Positions 9,551 to 19,531 of a DNA stretch of 64,000 nucleotides are shown here, in pieces (positions within the stretch are counted from its first letter, which is position 1; every line of letters begins with the position of its first letter). Source of the stretch: Elusimicrobiota bacterium (GTDB lineage Bacteria > Elusimicrobiota > Endomicrobiia > Endomicrobiales > JBDRNC01); contig JBDRNC010000018.1 of assembly GCA_043811535.1 (NCBI GenBank), positions 96,001 through 160,000 on the forward strand, written 5' to 3'. The notes beneath the pieces were generated by a model, which did no database searches, had not been told where the DNA came from, and saw nothing but the letters and a program-made list of their open reading frames with translations. Both the position numbers and the translations under genes were made by a program.

Positions 9551-9981
9551 AGGATTTTCTCCATAAGTATGGCGTCTTCGTCGACATAATAATTCTTTCT
9601 GATTCCGTTATTCCTGAATCCTATTTTTTCATAGAGCGCCAGCGCGGACAGGTTACTGCGTCTCACCTCAAGCAGGATCTTAGTTATCCCCTGGCCGCGC
9701 ATTATCGGCATGATGTGGTCAATGATCCTGCCGGCTATGCCCTGTCTCCTGAAATCCGGATGAACCGCGAGATTCACGAGATGCGCTTCGTCAGCAACCC
9801 ACCAGTACCCGCCGTAGCCCACAATGTTGTTATCGTTTTTCGCGATAAAAAACTTTGAGATCGAAAGACAGATCTCGCGCTCGAACATCCCCCTTATCCA
9901 TGGCTGTTTGAACGATCTGTTCTCTATATCAACGACATCGTCCAGGTGTTCTATTTTCAGTTTCTCGAAATGAAGTTCCAT
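9523..9981 (-). CDS. rimI: Ribosomal-protein-alanine N-acetyltransferase (GNAT)
   Basis: EAHLVNLAVHPDFRRQGIA, LEVRRSN..A..LYEKIGF, RKNYY..EDAILM. The last residues (PVRDTEA) come from the repeat. Confidence 0.92.
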   Translation of the reverse strand: MELHFEKLKIEHLDDVVDIENRSFKQPWIRGMFEREICLSISKFFIAKNDNNIVGYGGYWWVADEAHLVNLAVHPDFRRQGIAGRIIDHIMPIMRGQGITKILLEVRRSNLSALALYEKIGFRNNGIRKNYYVDEDAILMEKILDPVRDTEA

Positions 9982-10131
9982 GCTTTTAAAACAGTTAAAT
10001 GTTTTAAGTTAAATGTTAAATGTAGACAACAAAGAAAAAAACTGCTTCATAATACGGTTTATGGTTAAATGTTTGAAAGTTGCAGGTTAAGAAAATAATC
10101 TACAATGCCGTTAACTTTTAACATTAAACAT

Positions 10132-11067
10132 TCAACATTTAACAAGTTGTACTGCCGTTTTAATCGCTTCTACCATCTGGCCCGGGTCGGCGCAATTCTT
10201 TCCCGCTATGTCAAAACCCGTGCCGTGGCCGGGAGAAGTCCTCACGAACGGCAGACCCGCGGTAATGTTTACGACTTTTTCCGGAGCAACGCACTTCAGC
10301 CCTATCATCACCTGGTCGTGGTACATCATGACAGCCAGGTCGAATTCCTTCTTAATAAGTTTCACCCACAGGCTGTCAGCCGGCATAGGCCCTTCTACAT
10401 TGCAGCCTTTCGTTTTCAACAGCCTCACCGCCGGAACTATGACGCCGTTCTCTTCCTTTCCCAGCATCCCGCCTTCCCCTGCATGCGGGTTCAGCGAACT
10501 CACCGCGACGCGCGGCTCGGCAATCCTGTATTTTAATCTGACAAACTCCGCGGACAACAGCACGGTCTCGGAAATATTTTCAACGCTGAGATTTTTCCCT
10601 GTTTCCGAAAGCGGCATATGCCTGGTCACCATTGCCGCGCGCAGGCGCCCGGCGATCATCATCATAACAAACTTGCTTGTTCCTGTAAGCGAAGCAAGCA
10701 GTTCGGTGTGTCCCGGGTAAGGCACGCCCGCCAGCATGAAAGCGGCTTTTGATACCGGCGCCGTAACCAGCGCGTCCGCGTATCCGGATCTTACAAGGTC
10801 CACGGCGCGAAGAATGTATTCGTACGCTGCGCGGCCCGATGTGGCGGAGTTCCTGCCGGCAATAACTTTGGAGGAATCAACGCCTATATCTATAAAGTTC
10901 TTTTTCGCAAGTATCTTGGGTATTCCGGCCGGAAAGAATACCTTGCTGCCGATCACAACAGGACGGCAAATCTTGCTGATTGAGGGATTTGACAGGGCTT
11001 TGGCGGTTATTTCCGGGCCGATGCCCGCAGGATCGCCTATGGTAATGGCAATTGTAGGAAGGGACAT
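10132..11067 (-). CDS. pdxA: 4-hydroxythreonine-4-phosphate dehydrogenase
   Basis: ITIGDPAGIGPE, GHTE, LNPHAGE, MYHDQ, RTSPGHGTGFDIAG. Confidence 0.96.
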   Translation of the reverse strand: MSLPTIAITIGDPAGIGPEITAKALSNPSISKICRPVVIGSKVFFPAGIPKILAKKNFIDIGVDSSKVIAGRNSATSGRAAYEYILRAVDLVRSGYADALVTAPVSKAAFMLAGVPYPGHTELLASLTGTSKFVMMMIAGRLRAAMVTRHMPLSETGKNLSVENISETVLLSAEFVRLKYRIAEPRVAVSSLNPHAGEGGMLGKEENGVIVPAVRLLKTKGCNVEGPMPADSLWVKLIKKEFDLAVMMYHDQVMIGLKCVAPEKVVNITAGLPFVRTSPGHGTGFDIAGKNCADPGQMVEAIKTAVQLVKC

Positions 11068-11156
11068 ATTTATTACAAATTACAAATTACAAATTCCAGA
11101 TTCATGACTCTAAGCCGTTAATTTGTAATCTGTAATCTGAAATCTATAATTAGTCT

Positions 11157-12212
11157 TTATTCCGTTATCGGGCTCATCTTGATAGCAGCTTTCGCTCTCA
11201 GAGATTTGACCCATTCGTCGTATTTTGCCTGCTGGTTCTTCTTGAGGAGTATTCCCTTCAGATCGTTTGCGACTTCTTCATACGGGACTTTGCGGGCGGC
11301 TTTCTTTTCGTCTACCTTAATGATGTGCCAGCCGAAATCAGTCAGCACCGGTTCGGAAAACTTTCCCACATTGAGATCATACACGACCTTAACGAATTCC
11401 TTGGGATATCTTTCGTCATCCTTAGTAATGAAACCGAGCTGCCCGCCCATTTCCTTCGAATAAGCGTCATCGGAACTGGATTTGACCAGATCATCAAACT
11501 CCGCCCCTTTTTTCAGGTCCGCGTAAACACTCTTTGCTTTTTTCTGCGCGGCAGTTTTTTCCTGCATTGACGCTTCCTTTGTCACGGACACAAGTATATG
11601 CCTGACTTTGACAAGTTCGGACGACATCTGTTTCATGATCTTGGCAAGTTGATCTACCGACTCTTCCTCTTTTTTCTCAAGCCCGAGTTCCTTTCCTTCC
11701 ATTTTTTCCGTGATATGCTTATACAATGCCTTGGTCTGCTCTTCCGTGGGCATCGGGACAGCGTCGGCGACTTCCTGCCTTGCGAGCTTCATCGCCATCA
11801 TTTCCTCTTCCACTTTCTTTTCGAACTGCGTCTGTGTCATATTCTCTTTCTTGAGCTCCGCCTGGAATTCCGCCTCGGTCCTGTAGCCCGATTTAAACTG
11901 CTTTATATAATCCTCTATCTCGCGTTTTGAGACCCGGATCTTTCTCTTAGCCGCTTCCTGTTTTAGAAGCTTATTGTCCACCATCATTTCCAGCAGGTTC
12001 TGCTTGAGTTCAATAAGCTTCTCCAACGTCTGTTCGGCCACGGGGGTCGCCTTTTTCCATTGATCAACAACCGGAGCTATCGTATTTCTAAACTCCGATT
12101 CCAGTATCGGCTCTCCATTGACGATCGCCTGTGTTTTATCTATTACTTTAGCGAAAACCAGTGACGTGATGAGCAAGATAGGGACAATAACAAGACCTCT
12201 GAATTTAAGCAT
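11157..12212 (-). CDS. SurA/PrsA-type parvulin peptidyl-prolyl isomerase
   Basis: Signal peptide, SurA-like N-domain (AIVNGEPILESE), VRHIL, GGQLG, S.PVLTDFGWHII. Upstream of pdxA. Confidence 0.9.
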   Translation of the reverse strand: MLKFRGLVIVPILLITSLVFAKVIDKTQAIVNGEPILESEFRNTIAPVVDQWKKATPVAEQTLEKLIELKQNLLEMMVDNKLLKQEAAKRKIRVSKREIEDYIKQFKSGYRTEAEFQAELKKENMTQTQFEKKVEEEMMAMKLARQEVADAVPMPTEEQTKALYKHITEKMEGKELGLEKKEEESVDQLAKIMKQMSSELVKVRHILVSVTKEASMQEKTAAQKKAKSVYADLKKGAEFDDLVKSSSDDAYSKEMGGQLGFITKDDERYPKEFVKVVYDLNVGKFSEPVLTDFGWHIIKVDEKKAARKVPYEEVANDLKGILLKKNQQAKYDEWVKSLRAKAAIKMSPITE

Positions 12213-12299
12213 TACCTTTCTCCTTTTAACACCTTATTACAGATTACACATTACAAATTAACAGCACAAAATATGTAATCTGTAATCGTAAATTTGTAA

Positions 12300-13202
12300 T
12301 TATTTCTCCTGCGCCTGGCCGTTCATGAACTGCATCGGCATCTGCGCGGGTTCCGGCTGTATCTTGGAAATCAATTCGTATTTCACGTTTACGTTGAATT
12401 TCTTCTTCGCGCTATCTATCCAGTTGTCGAATTTAGTTTTTTCAAGTATCTTCCTGATATCCGCCTTGGATTGCTCGACTGTGAGCGCGGAAAGCGGCTT
12501 TTCCGTAAGTTTCTGGACGATGTGGTACCCGTACTGCGTCTTCACCACTTCCGAAAGCTTGCCCGGCTTGAGAGCGAAAACCGCCTTCTCGAAATCCGGA
12601 ACAAGTTCACCCTTGCGGAACGGGCCTATCTTGCCTCCGCTCATCGCGGACCCGGAGTCGGTCGATATCTCCTCGGCCATCTTTCCGAAATCCGCGCCGG
12701 CTTTCAATCTCGCCAGCGCTTTTTCGGCCTCTTCCTGAGAAGAGAGCAGTATGTGCCTCGCGGTCACTTCCACGGGTTTGAGAAAATCTTTTTTATTCTC
12801 TTCGTAATATCCGTTTATCTCGGCTTCCGTGGGCGTCAGCTCTTTGTCGTAAAGGTCGCGGATGAACATTTCCATCAGCATGCCTTCTTCGTATTCCCTG
12901 GCTCTCTTTGCCTGGTCGAGCTTGAACTTTGCCAGCATCTTCTTATATTCGTCTTTCCTGGCTATACCGGCCTTGTGCGCGGCCTCAAGCACAATTTTTT
13001 CGCGAACCATAAGGTCTAGGAACTGTTTCTTGCCGGCGTCGGTGCTGAGGAAACTCCTGTACGCGGGAGGCGAATCATTGAGCCTTTCCTGGAAGGATTT
13101 TACTGTGATCTTGGCCTTGCCGGCTTTGGCTATAACGTTGTCTCCCGAACACCCCGCAAGCAAAAACGCGGTTCCAACTAAAAAATAAACAGCTTTTTTC
13201 AT
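12300..13202 (-). CDS. PrsA/PpiC-type peptidyl-prolyl isomerase lipoprotein
   Basis: Lipobox LAGC, ARHIL, S.D..SA..GG..G, FEKAVF.L, TQYGYHI. Confidence 0.9.
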   Translation of the reverse strand: MKKAVYFLVGTAFLLAGCSGDNVIAKAGKAKITVKSFQERLNDSPPAYRSFLSTDAGKKQFLDLMVREKIVLEAAHKAGIARKDEYKKMLAKFKLDQAKRAREYEEGMLMEMFIRDLYDKELTPTEAEINGYYEENKKDFLKPVEVTARHILLSSQEEAEKALARLKAGADFGKMAEEISTDSGSAMSGGKIGPFRKGELVPDFEKAVFALKPGKLSEVVKTQYGYHIVQKLTEKPLSALTVEQSKADIRKILEKTKFDNWIDSAKKKFNVNVKYELISKIQPEPAQMPMQFMNGQAQEK

Positions 13203-13333
13203 TGAATTTCTCCTTTATAACGACGATTACACAGATTTTGAACTACGATTCCACGGATTTTAACGACTATTACACTGATTTCCAACAAAGATTACACTGA
13301 TTATTAATGCAGGTTTTAGGATAATCCATGCGG

Positions 13334-16300
13334 TCAGTATTTTGGGATTATAACATATTCTTTGAATTTTAACAAGAATCTTTTTAAATATTCAAAGGCA
13401 TTTTGCGCCGGTTTTTCCTTTTTAAGCCTTACCCCCTGCTGCTCGCCGCGTATGAATTCCAGCGTTTCGCTGAAATCCCTTGCCAATGCCGCTATTTTTT
13501 CGGCCGTAAAACCTATCCTGTCCGAAAAGTACACTTCAAAATGGTCCTGCTTCTCGGATATACCCTTGATCTTCAATTTTTCCGCGATAACCCGGAGCTC
13601 CGCTATCCTGAAAAGGTTCTCGGCGGGGTCCGGGATTCTGCCGAACCTGTCCTCAAGTTCGTCCCTGACCGCATCAAATTCCGGCGCGGACGCGACGGCG
13701 GCGAGTTTTCTGTAAAAGATGATGCGCAGCTCTTCGGATTCCATGTATTCCGGCGGGAACAGGGCGGGCACGGAGAAATCCATCGTGGCCTTGAACTCTT
13801 CCTCCGGCTCCGGCCTCTCGCCCTTAATGCCCTTGCTGGCCTCCTCTATGAGCCTGCTGTAAAGCTCGAATCCGATCTCCCTGACAAATCCGTGCTGCTC
13901 CCTGCCGAGTATGTTGCCCGCGCCGCGTATCTCAAGGTCGCGCAGTGAAAGCCTGAATCCCGAGCCGAGCTCTCCGAATTCCTGAAGCGATTCCAGCCGC
14001 TTTTCGGCGTCCGATTTCAGCAGCGATTTGGTGTAAAACAGGTAGCAGTAGGCCTTCTGTTTTTCGCGGCCGATGCGCCCCCTAAGCTGGTACAACTGCG
14101 CCAGCCCGAAGTTCTCGGCCTCTTCCACCACCATCGTGTTTGCCGAAGGTATATCCAGCCCGGATTCTATTATGGTTGAGGCGACCAGCACGTCAATCTT
14201 CCTGTGCATGAAATCCCACATGGCTTTTTCTATCTGCGCGGCCGGGAGCTGGCCGTGGACTATGCCGAACTTTACATCGGGCATGAGCTTTTTCAGGTAC
14301 GCGACGCGCGAAAGTATGGTCTCAACGCGGTTGTAAACATAGAAGACCTGCCCGCCGCGCGATATCTCCGCCTGTATGATTTTCTTCACTACGCGCTCGT
14401 CGTAAAGGCCAAGGTGCGTTTCTATGGGCAGGCGTCCCGCGGGCGGCGTCTCAATGACTGAAAGGTCCCTTAGGTTGGCCAGCGCGAACGCGAGCGTGCG
14501 CGGGATGGGCGTCGCGGACAGCAGGAGGACCTCTATGTTTTTCTTCAGCGCCTTTATCTTTTCTTTTTCTTTCACGCCGAACCGGTGCTCCTCGTCGATA
14601 ATAAGCAGGCCGAGGTCCTTAAACGATATATCTTTCTGGATGAGCCTGTGCGTACCGATGACAATGTCCACCAACCCGTTTTTAATATCAGCTACTGTCT
14701 TTTTCTGTTCTTTCTTGCTCTGAAATCGGCTCATCATGGCGACATTCACCGGAAACGGGGCAAGCCGGTTCACGAACGTGTTATAGTGCTGTTCCGCCAG
14801 CACCGTGGTCGGCACGAGCACCGCCACCTGCTTCTCGGCTACGGCCACTTTAAACGCCGCGCGTATCGCAACCTCGGTCTTTCCGTATCCCACGTCTCCG
14901 CAGATCAGCCGTTCCATCGGCTGGGCCCTGCGCAGATCGGCCTTGACTTCCTCTATCGCTCTCAGCTGGTCCTCGGTCTCGGAATACGGGAAGGAATCCG
15001 CGAGCTCTTTCTCCCACGCCGTTTCCTCCGCGTAAGGCGTGCCGGTAACCTTGCTGCGCTCGGCGTAAAGCCTTAAAAGTTCCGCGGCCATTTTCTCGGC
15101 GCCTTCCTTGGCGCGTTTTTTCAGGCGTTCCCACGCCGCGGTGTCAAGCGAGTGCAGGCGCGGCCTGCATCCTTCTATGCCGATGTATTTCTGTACGACG
15201 CGGAAATCGTCCACGGGAACGTAGAGTTTGTCGCCGCCCCTGTACTCAACGCAGATATATTCCGCCTCCTGGTCGCCCCTGACTATTTTCTTGAGACCCA
15301 GGTACTTCCCTACGCCGTATTTTTCGTGCACGACGTAATCGTTCGGCGTGATCTCCCACAGGCCCTCAAGGCGCCTTCCGGCCTTGAATTTCGGGAAACT
15401 GACCGGCCTGCGCCTGTAAAGTATCTCCTGGCCGCTGAAAACCGCAAGTTTCCGCGAAGGCGAGTAAAAACTTTCCGCAAGCGGGCCGATATGCATTTCC
15501 GGAAGCTCGTCACGCCACTTGTTATCGTTCAATATCTCTTCAAGGCGGTCCTTCTCGCCCTGATGGGCGCAAAACACCATAAGGCTGTAATTCTGTTCCC
15601 TGAATTTTTTCAGGTCGGAGATAAACGCGGGGAAATTACCGGCCCACCTGCCCAGCGGCCTGAATCCCGCGTCAACCGGACCGGCTCCAAGCGCGCTGTT
15701 AACAAGGATTTCCCTCCCTCCCGCCGCCGAAGCAGTTTCATCGGACGGCTGAGCGTCAAAATATACCTGCGCGCCCGCGGGAAGATAATCCGCAAGCGCC
15801 GTCTCGGCCCGGGCCTTGGCCCCGTTAGAAGCAGGTCCCGCTAAAACACCATCACTACCGGCGCCCGAAGCCGTGGAACTTCTAACGGGGTGAACCGGCA
15901 ACACGCGGATTTCTTTCAGCATTTTATCGGAACGCTGCGTCGCGACGTCAAAACTGCGGATGGTTTCCACGGTATTGACGTCAAAGACTATCCTGACCGG
16001 GCTGTCCATGTCCGGCGTCCAGATGTCCAGGATTTCGCCGCGCCTGCTGAAATGGCCCCTGTCTTCCACAAAATCCTCGCGCTGGTACCCGTTGTCCGAG
16101 AGAGCGGACAGGGTTTTTTCGTAATCGCTGGTTTTTCCCAAGGAAAATACCATTGTATTTTTCTTCAAACTGTCCGGCGAAACGGTTTTCAGCGCGAAAG
16201 ATTCCGGCGTGGCAAGTACCACGCATGGAAAAGCCCCCGCGCTGAGGCGGTCCAGCGTATTTATGGATTCAAAAGGGTCGTATTGAAGGTATTTATAGAT

Positions 16301-16462
16301 AGATACGGACGGAAAGAACTTACCGAGCGCCAGCAGGTTATCGTGCCACGCCTGAATATCGTCTTCCGCGGCGACGGCGACAATGACCTTCGCTTCCGCG
16401 AGCTTTTCAAGGATGAAGTAGGCCTTGCCCGAACCTGATAAACCGGTGTAGTATTTTATCAT
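13334..16462 (-). CDS. mfd: Transcription-repeat-interrupted transcription-repair coupling factor Mfd
   Basis: RGEILDI, CarD-like VVHEKYGVG, GDVGYGKTEVA, DEEHRFG, SATPIPRT, QLRGRIGR, RDLEIRGAGNILG..QHG and a TRCF C-terminus. Confidence 0.98.
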   Translation of the reverse strand: MIKYYTGLSGSGKAYFILEKLAEAKVIVAVAAEDDIQAWHDNLLALGKFFPSVSIYKYLQYDPFESINTLDRLSAGAFPCVVLATPESFALKTVSPDSLKKNTMVFSLGKTSDYEKTLSALSDNGYQREDFVEDRGHFSRRGEILDIWTPDMDSPVRIVFDVNTVETIRSFDVATQRSDKMLKEIRVLPVHPVRSSTASGAGSDGVLAGPASNGAKARAETALADYLPAGAQVYFDAQPSDETASAAGGREILVNSALGAGPVDAGFRPLGRWAGNFPAFISDLKKFREQNYSLMVFCAHQGEKDRLEEILNDNKWRDELPEMHIGPLAESFYSPSRKLAVFSGQEILYRRRPVSFPKFKAGRRLEGLWEITPNDYVVHEKYGVGKYLGLKKIVRGDQEAEYICVEYRGGDKLYVPVDDFRVVQKYIGIEGCRPRLHSLDTAAWERLKKRAKEGAEKMAAELLRLYAERSKVTGTPYAEETAWEKELADSFPYSETEDQLRAIEEVKADLRRAQPMERLICGDVGYGKTEVAIRAAFKVAVAEKQVAVLVPTTVLAEQHYNTFVNRLAPFPVNVAMMSRFQSKKEQKKTVADIKNGLVDIVIGTHRLIQKDISFKDLGLLIIDEEHRFGVKEKEKIKALKKNIEVLLLSATPIPRTLAFALANLRDLSVIETPPAGRLPIETHLGLYDERVVKKIIQAEISRGGQVFYVYNRVETILSRVAYLKKLMPDVKFGIVHGQLPAAQIEKAMWDFMHRKIDVLVASTIIESGLDIPSANTMVVEEAENFGLAQLYQLRGRIGREKQKAYCYLFYTKSLLKSDAEKRLESLQEFGELGSGFRLSLRDLEIRGAGNILGREQHGFVREIGFELYSRLIEEASKGIKGERPEPEEEFKATMDFSVPALFPPEYMESEELRIIFYRKLAAVASAPEFDAVRDELEDRFGRIPDPAENLFRIAELRVIAEKLKIKGISEKQDHFEVYFSDRIGFTAEKIAALARDFSETLEFIRGEQQGVRLKKEKPAQNAFEYLKRFLLKFKEYVIIPKY
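15820..15890. mobile_element. 71-bp CCCCGTTAGA-family element inside mfd, reading frame preserved
   Basis: 12-bp perfect inverted ends ccccgttagaag / cttctaacgggg; translated as HPVRSSTASGAGSDGVLAGPASNG. Confidence 0.8.
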
Positions 16463-16565
16463 AGTAAAGAGATTACAGATTACATATTACATATTACAAA
16501 TTACATATTTAACGACTGATATTCTTTCAATTTGAAATATGCAATTTGGAATTTGTAATTATTAT

Positions 16566-18884
16566 CTATCGCGCGAGTGATCCGGCGCGAAACATCGAAG
16601 CTATTTTCAGCGCGAGCAGCATTATCACCATCCCGGGCAGGCCCCAGGCAGGTATTATCACCGTTCCGCCGATAAGCGCCGCAAGCCACCCGCCCATCAG
16701 GTCGGCCGCGTAAATCTTTCCCGCCTCTGCGTGTTCGCCGGTTTTTTTAATTTCCCCTTCGGCGGGAGCCAGCGCCGGGAACTGAAACCCCAGGAGCGCC
16801 CCCGACCCCGCCGACAGCAGAAATAGTAAATGCCATGGGATTTTCACAAAACTCAGCAGGCAAAACCAGATAATTATCCAAATCACGAACAATATGTCTA
16901 TGATTCTAATAATCTTTTTTGGTGAATTGGTAATTGCTAATTGATAATTGTTAATTGCGGCGTACGCCGCAATACCAGTTCCCGCCATGAAACACGCGCT
17001 CAACAGGCCTATCCAGTAATAGACCGCGCCGTTGAGCACCTGCATACCCCAGATGCTTACCATCTGCATTCCCATCGCCGCCGCGCCGGAAGTGAATGCC
17101 GTGCCGGAGTACCCGCGACGGGTGAAAAGCAGAATCATCGTCAAAATGACGGCTATCCATATGTATTTAGACAACGCGGAATAGAGATTGGCCCGCCCCG
17201 AAGAAAAAATACTTTGACGGTAGATAAGCGACTTGAAGAGCCCGCGCGGAGAAAAATCCCTGTTTACGGGCTGTTTCCCGAAAAATCCGCCCTCGTGTTT
17301 CTTCATTTCATTCAGAAACCATTTTTCTTTCGCCGGGTCCAGCTTATACTTTATGTATTTGGCGGATACAAATAATTTTTCAATTTTTAAATCCTTAAAT
17401 CTTTCAACCGCCGTTGCCGTTCTGGGCGCCGGCGAATTCCCGCAAATAAAAATATTTCTTTCCCCCGGAATGACCCTGACATGTTTGAACGAGCCGTTGA
17501 GACCCGATAATACCGCGGCGTTCATCCCGCCGAGGTACCTGTCGACGTAATTCATCGAGCCGGGCAGACTGATAACGAATATCCCGCCCGGGGCAAGGCG
17601 CCGGTTCACCGAATCAAAGAACTCTAACGTGTAGTACCTGTTTACGGAAAGCGCAGCCGGATAGGGCGCGTCTACGAAAACGGCGTCATAGCTCTTGCCG
17701 GACCCCTCAATATATTTTCTGCCGTCTTCGTAAAATACATTAACCCCTCCCCCTTTCTCCGAAAAGGGGCGCGGCCCCCACGGGGCTTTACTCCCCTCTT
17801 TCCCAAAGAGGGGAGTAGCGGAATTGCGCGAAACGAAGTCTATCAGCCACGGGTTTATCTCCACGTAATCCAGCGATTGTATTCCGTATGCCTGTATAGT
17901 CGTGATATACCTTCCCGTTCCGCCTATTAAAAGGACGCTCTCCGGTTTGGCATGAAAAAGCAGAGGCAGAAAAACGTTGTTTTCCGCGGCCTCTTTATTC
18001 GGCGCGTTGAAAGTTTCGATCGGATTGCCGTCGGAAAAGAAGAACTTCTCGCCGCCGCGCGATACCGCCGCCAGCCGGCCGTACTGCGTGTTCTGCGCCT
18101 CAACCACCTTGTATCCCGCGAATAACCTTGACAGGCTGGTAGTCTCAATTTTATTGCTGAATAACAGCACCGGAATGAAAGCCGCGGCGAAAACCGCAAG
18201 CATTATTTTCTGTTTTTTTTCTTCAATGATGGGTATGACTGCCAAGGAAGATATCTGGAGTATAGCGGTAGCAACAAAGACCGAATTGGCGTTCAGAAGC
18301 AGCGAAAGCGTGTAAACAACTCCGCCCGCGAAGAAGCCGAGCGTTTCCCATAGGTAAATCCTGCCCGATTTAAGGAGCCCTTCGCGTTCCTTGAGCCAGC
18401 CCATGCCTAAACTGAACTGCGCGCCTATCAACGCTCCCGCCGGGATGAATATGGACGCCGAAACCCATAGGAGAAACAGCAAAGGCAATTCAATGCCGGC
18501 TAAGAAACCGAAAATATTCCTTATTTCCCTTATAAAAAACATCGAAAGCATCAAATACGGGCCTGCCGCCAGAAACGTTAAGGCAAGAATCCCTCTGCAT
18601 TCTTCCGTCCCGCGACAGGGGACGTCGGTATTATTATGCTTAAAGTGCTCCGCCCCGCGACAGGGGACGTCGGTATCAGAATTACGCTTAAGGTGCTCCG
18701 CCCCGCGGTTTTTCACAAATTTCGCGGTAAGAATGCTCCCGGCGGCGACGCCCAGCATCCACAGCGAAATCACGAGCCCGATGGACAGTTCGTTGCCGTG
18801 AAAAACGACCTGGATCTCCCGCAGCAGGAACGTCTGCGCGCAAACCGCGATAAACCCGGAAAGGAAAAAGACTGAATTAAACAT
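16566..18884 (-). CDS. Membrane protein fused to a spermidine-synthase-like SAM-dependent domain
   Basis: LLREI..VFHGNELSIG N-terminus, multiple TM segments, VLLIGG, YVEIN, EDGRKY, YDAVFVD, NRYYTLEFF, IYAADL.GG. Confidence 0.85.
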   Translation of the reverse strand: MFNSVFFLSGFIAVCAQTFLLREIQVVFHGNELSIGLVISLWMLGVAAGSILTAKFVKNRGAEHLKRNSDTDVPCRGAEHFKHNNTDVPCRGTEECRGILALTFLAAGPYLMLSMFFIREIRNIFGFLAGIELPLLFLLWVSASIFIPAGALIGAQFSLGMGWLKEREGLLKSGRIYLWETLGFFAGGVVYTLSLLLNANSVFVATAILQISSLAVIPIIEEKKQKIMLAVFAAAFIPVLLFSNKIETTSLSRLFAGYKVVEAQNTQYGRLAAVSRGGEKFFFSDGNPIETFNAPNKEAAENNVFLPLLFHAKPESVLLIGGTGRYITTIQAYGIQSLDYVEINPWLIDFVSRNSATPLFGKEGSKAPWGPRPFSEKGGGVNVFYEDGRKYIEGSGKSYDAVFVDAPYPAALSVNRYYTLEFFDSVNRRLAPGGIFVISLPGSMNYVDRYLGGMNAAVLSGLNGSFKHVRVIPGERNIFICGNSPAPRTATAVERFKDLKIEKLFVSAKYIKYKLDPAKEKWFLNEMKKHEGGFFGKQPVNRDFSPRGLFKSLIYRQSIFSSGRANLYSALSKYIWIAVILTMILLFTRRGYSGTAFTSGAAAMGMQMVSIWGMQVLNGAVYYWIGLLSACFMAGTGIAAYAAINNYQLAITNSPKKIIRIIDILFVIWIIIWFCLLSFVKIPWHLLFLLSAGSGALLGFQFPALAPAEGEIKKTGEHAEAGKIYAADLMGGWLAALIGGTVIIPAWGLPGMVIMLLALKIASMFRAGSLAR

Positions 18885-18945
18885 TTAGGAGTATTATACT
18901 AAATAAATTGAGGTGTGACGGATTGTGACTGACGGCTGGCAGCAG

Positions 18946-19521
18946 CTAAATATCTTTATGCCATAACAGCATCGTTTCGCGCCCGACTTTCGGATGGCCC
19001 CAGTATCCAAGGGTATTGATTTGCGCTAATTTACAGCCTTGTTTTTTATAAAATCTGCAGGCCGCCACGTTATTCGTCTGCGTTTCTATCCTGAGTTGTT
19101 TGAGTTTTTCCTTTCTTAGCCAAGATATCACTTTTCCAAACAGAGCTCTGCCTATCCCGGAGCGCCGGTATTCGGGAGCAATACGCAAATCCCATAACAC
19201 GGCTATGTCATTCCTGTCCGCCAGCATATGGACCTTGGGCGTCTTGCAGGCAATTGCCGCCGCGCCCGCGTACTTGTTATCCTTAACGGCAAAGAACAAC
19301 CGCCAGTTTCTTGTATTGAAACGCTTCATCCACGTACGCGGGCCGCCGAATGAATCGTAATTCTTCTTTCCGCGGCTTGTTCTTGATTCAAACAGCCTTA
19401 TCCCGCCGAGGCCGGAGTCAACCAGCCGGCATTTCAGCTCTGATTTAATATCAAACGCGATCGGAATCTTTGAATAATCGCGGATATTCTTTCTAGTGAC
19501 CTTCTCAACCAATATTTTCAT
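18946..19521 (-). CDS. GNAT N-acetyltransferase (streptothricin-acetyltransferase-like)
   Basis: LWDLRIAPEYRRSGIG and IETQTNNVAACRFY..QGC.L motifs. Confidence 0.85.
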   Translation of the reverse strand: MKILVEKVTRKNIRDYSKIPIAFDIKSELKCRLVDSGLGGIRLFESRTSRGKKNYDSFGGPRTWMKRFNTRNWRLFFAVKDNKYAGAAAIACKTPKVHMLADRNDIAVLWDLRIAPEYRRSGIGRALFGKVISWLRKEKLKQLRIETQTNNVAACRFYKKQGCKLAQINTLGYWGHPKVGRETMLLWHKDI

Positions 19522-19531
19522 GTATTGTCCG

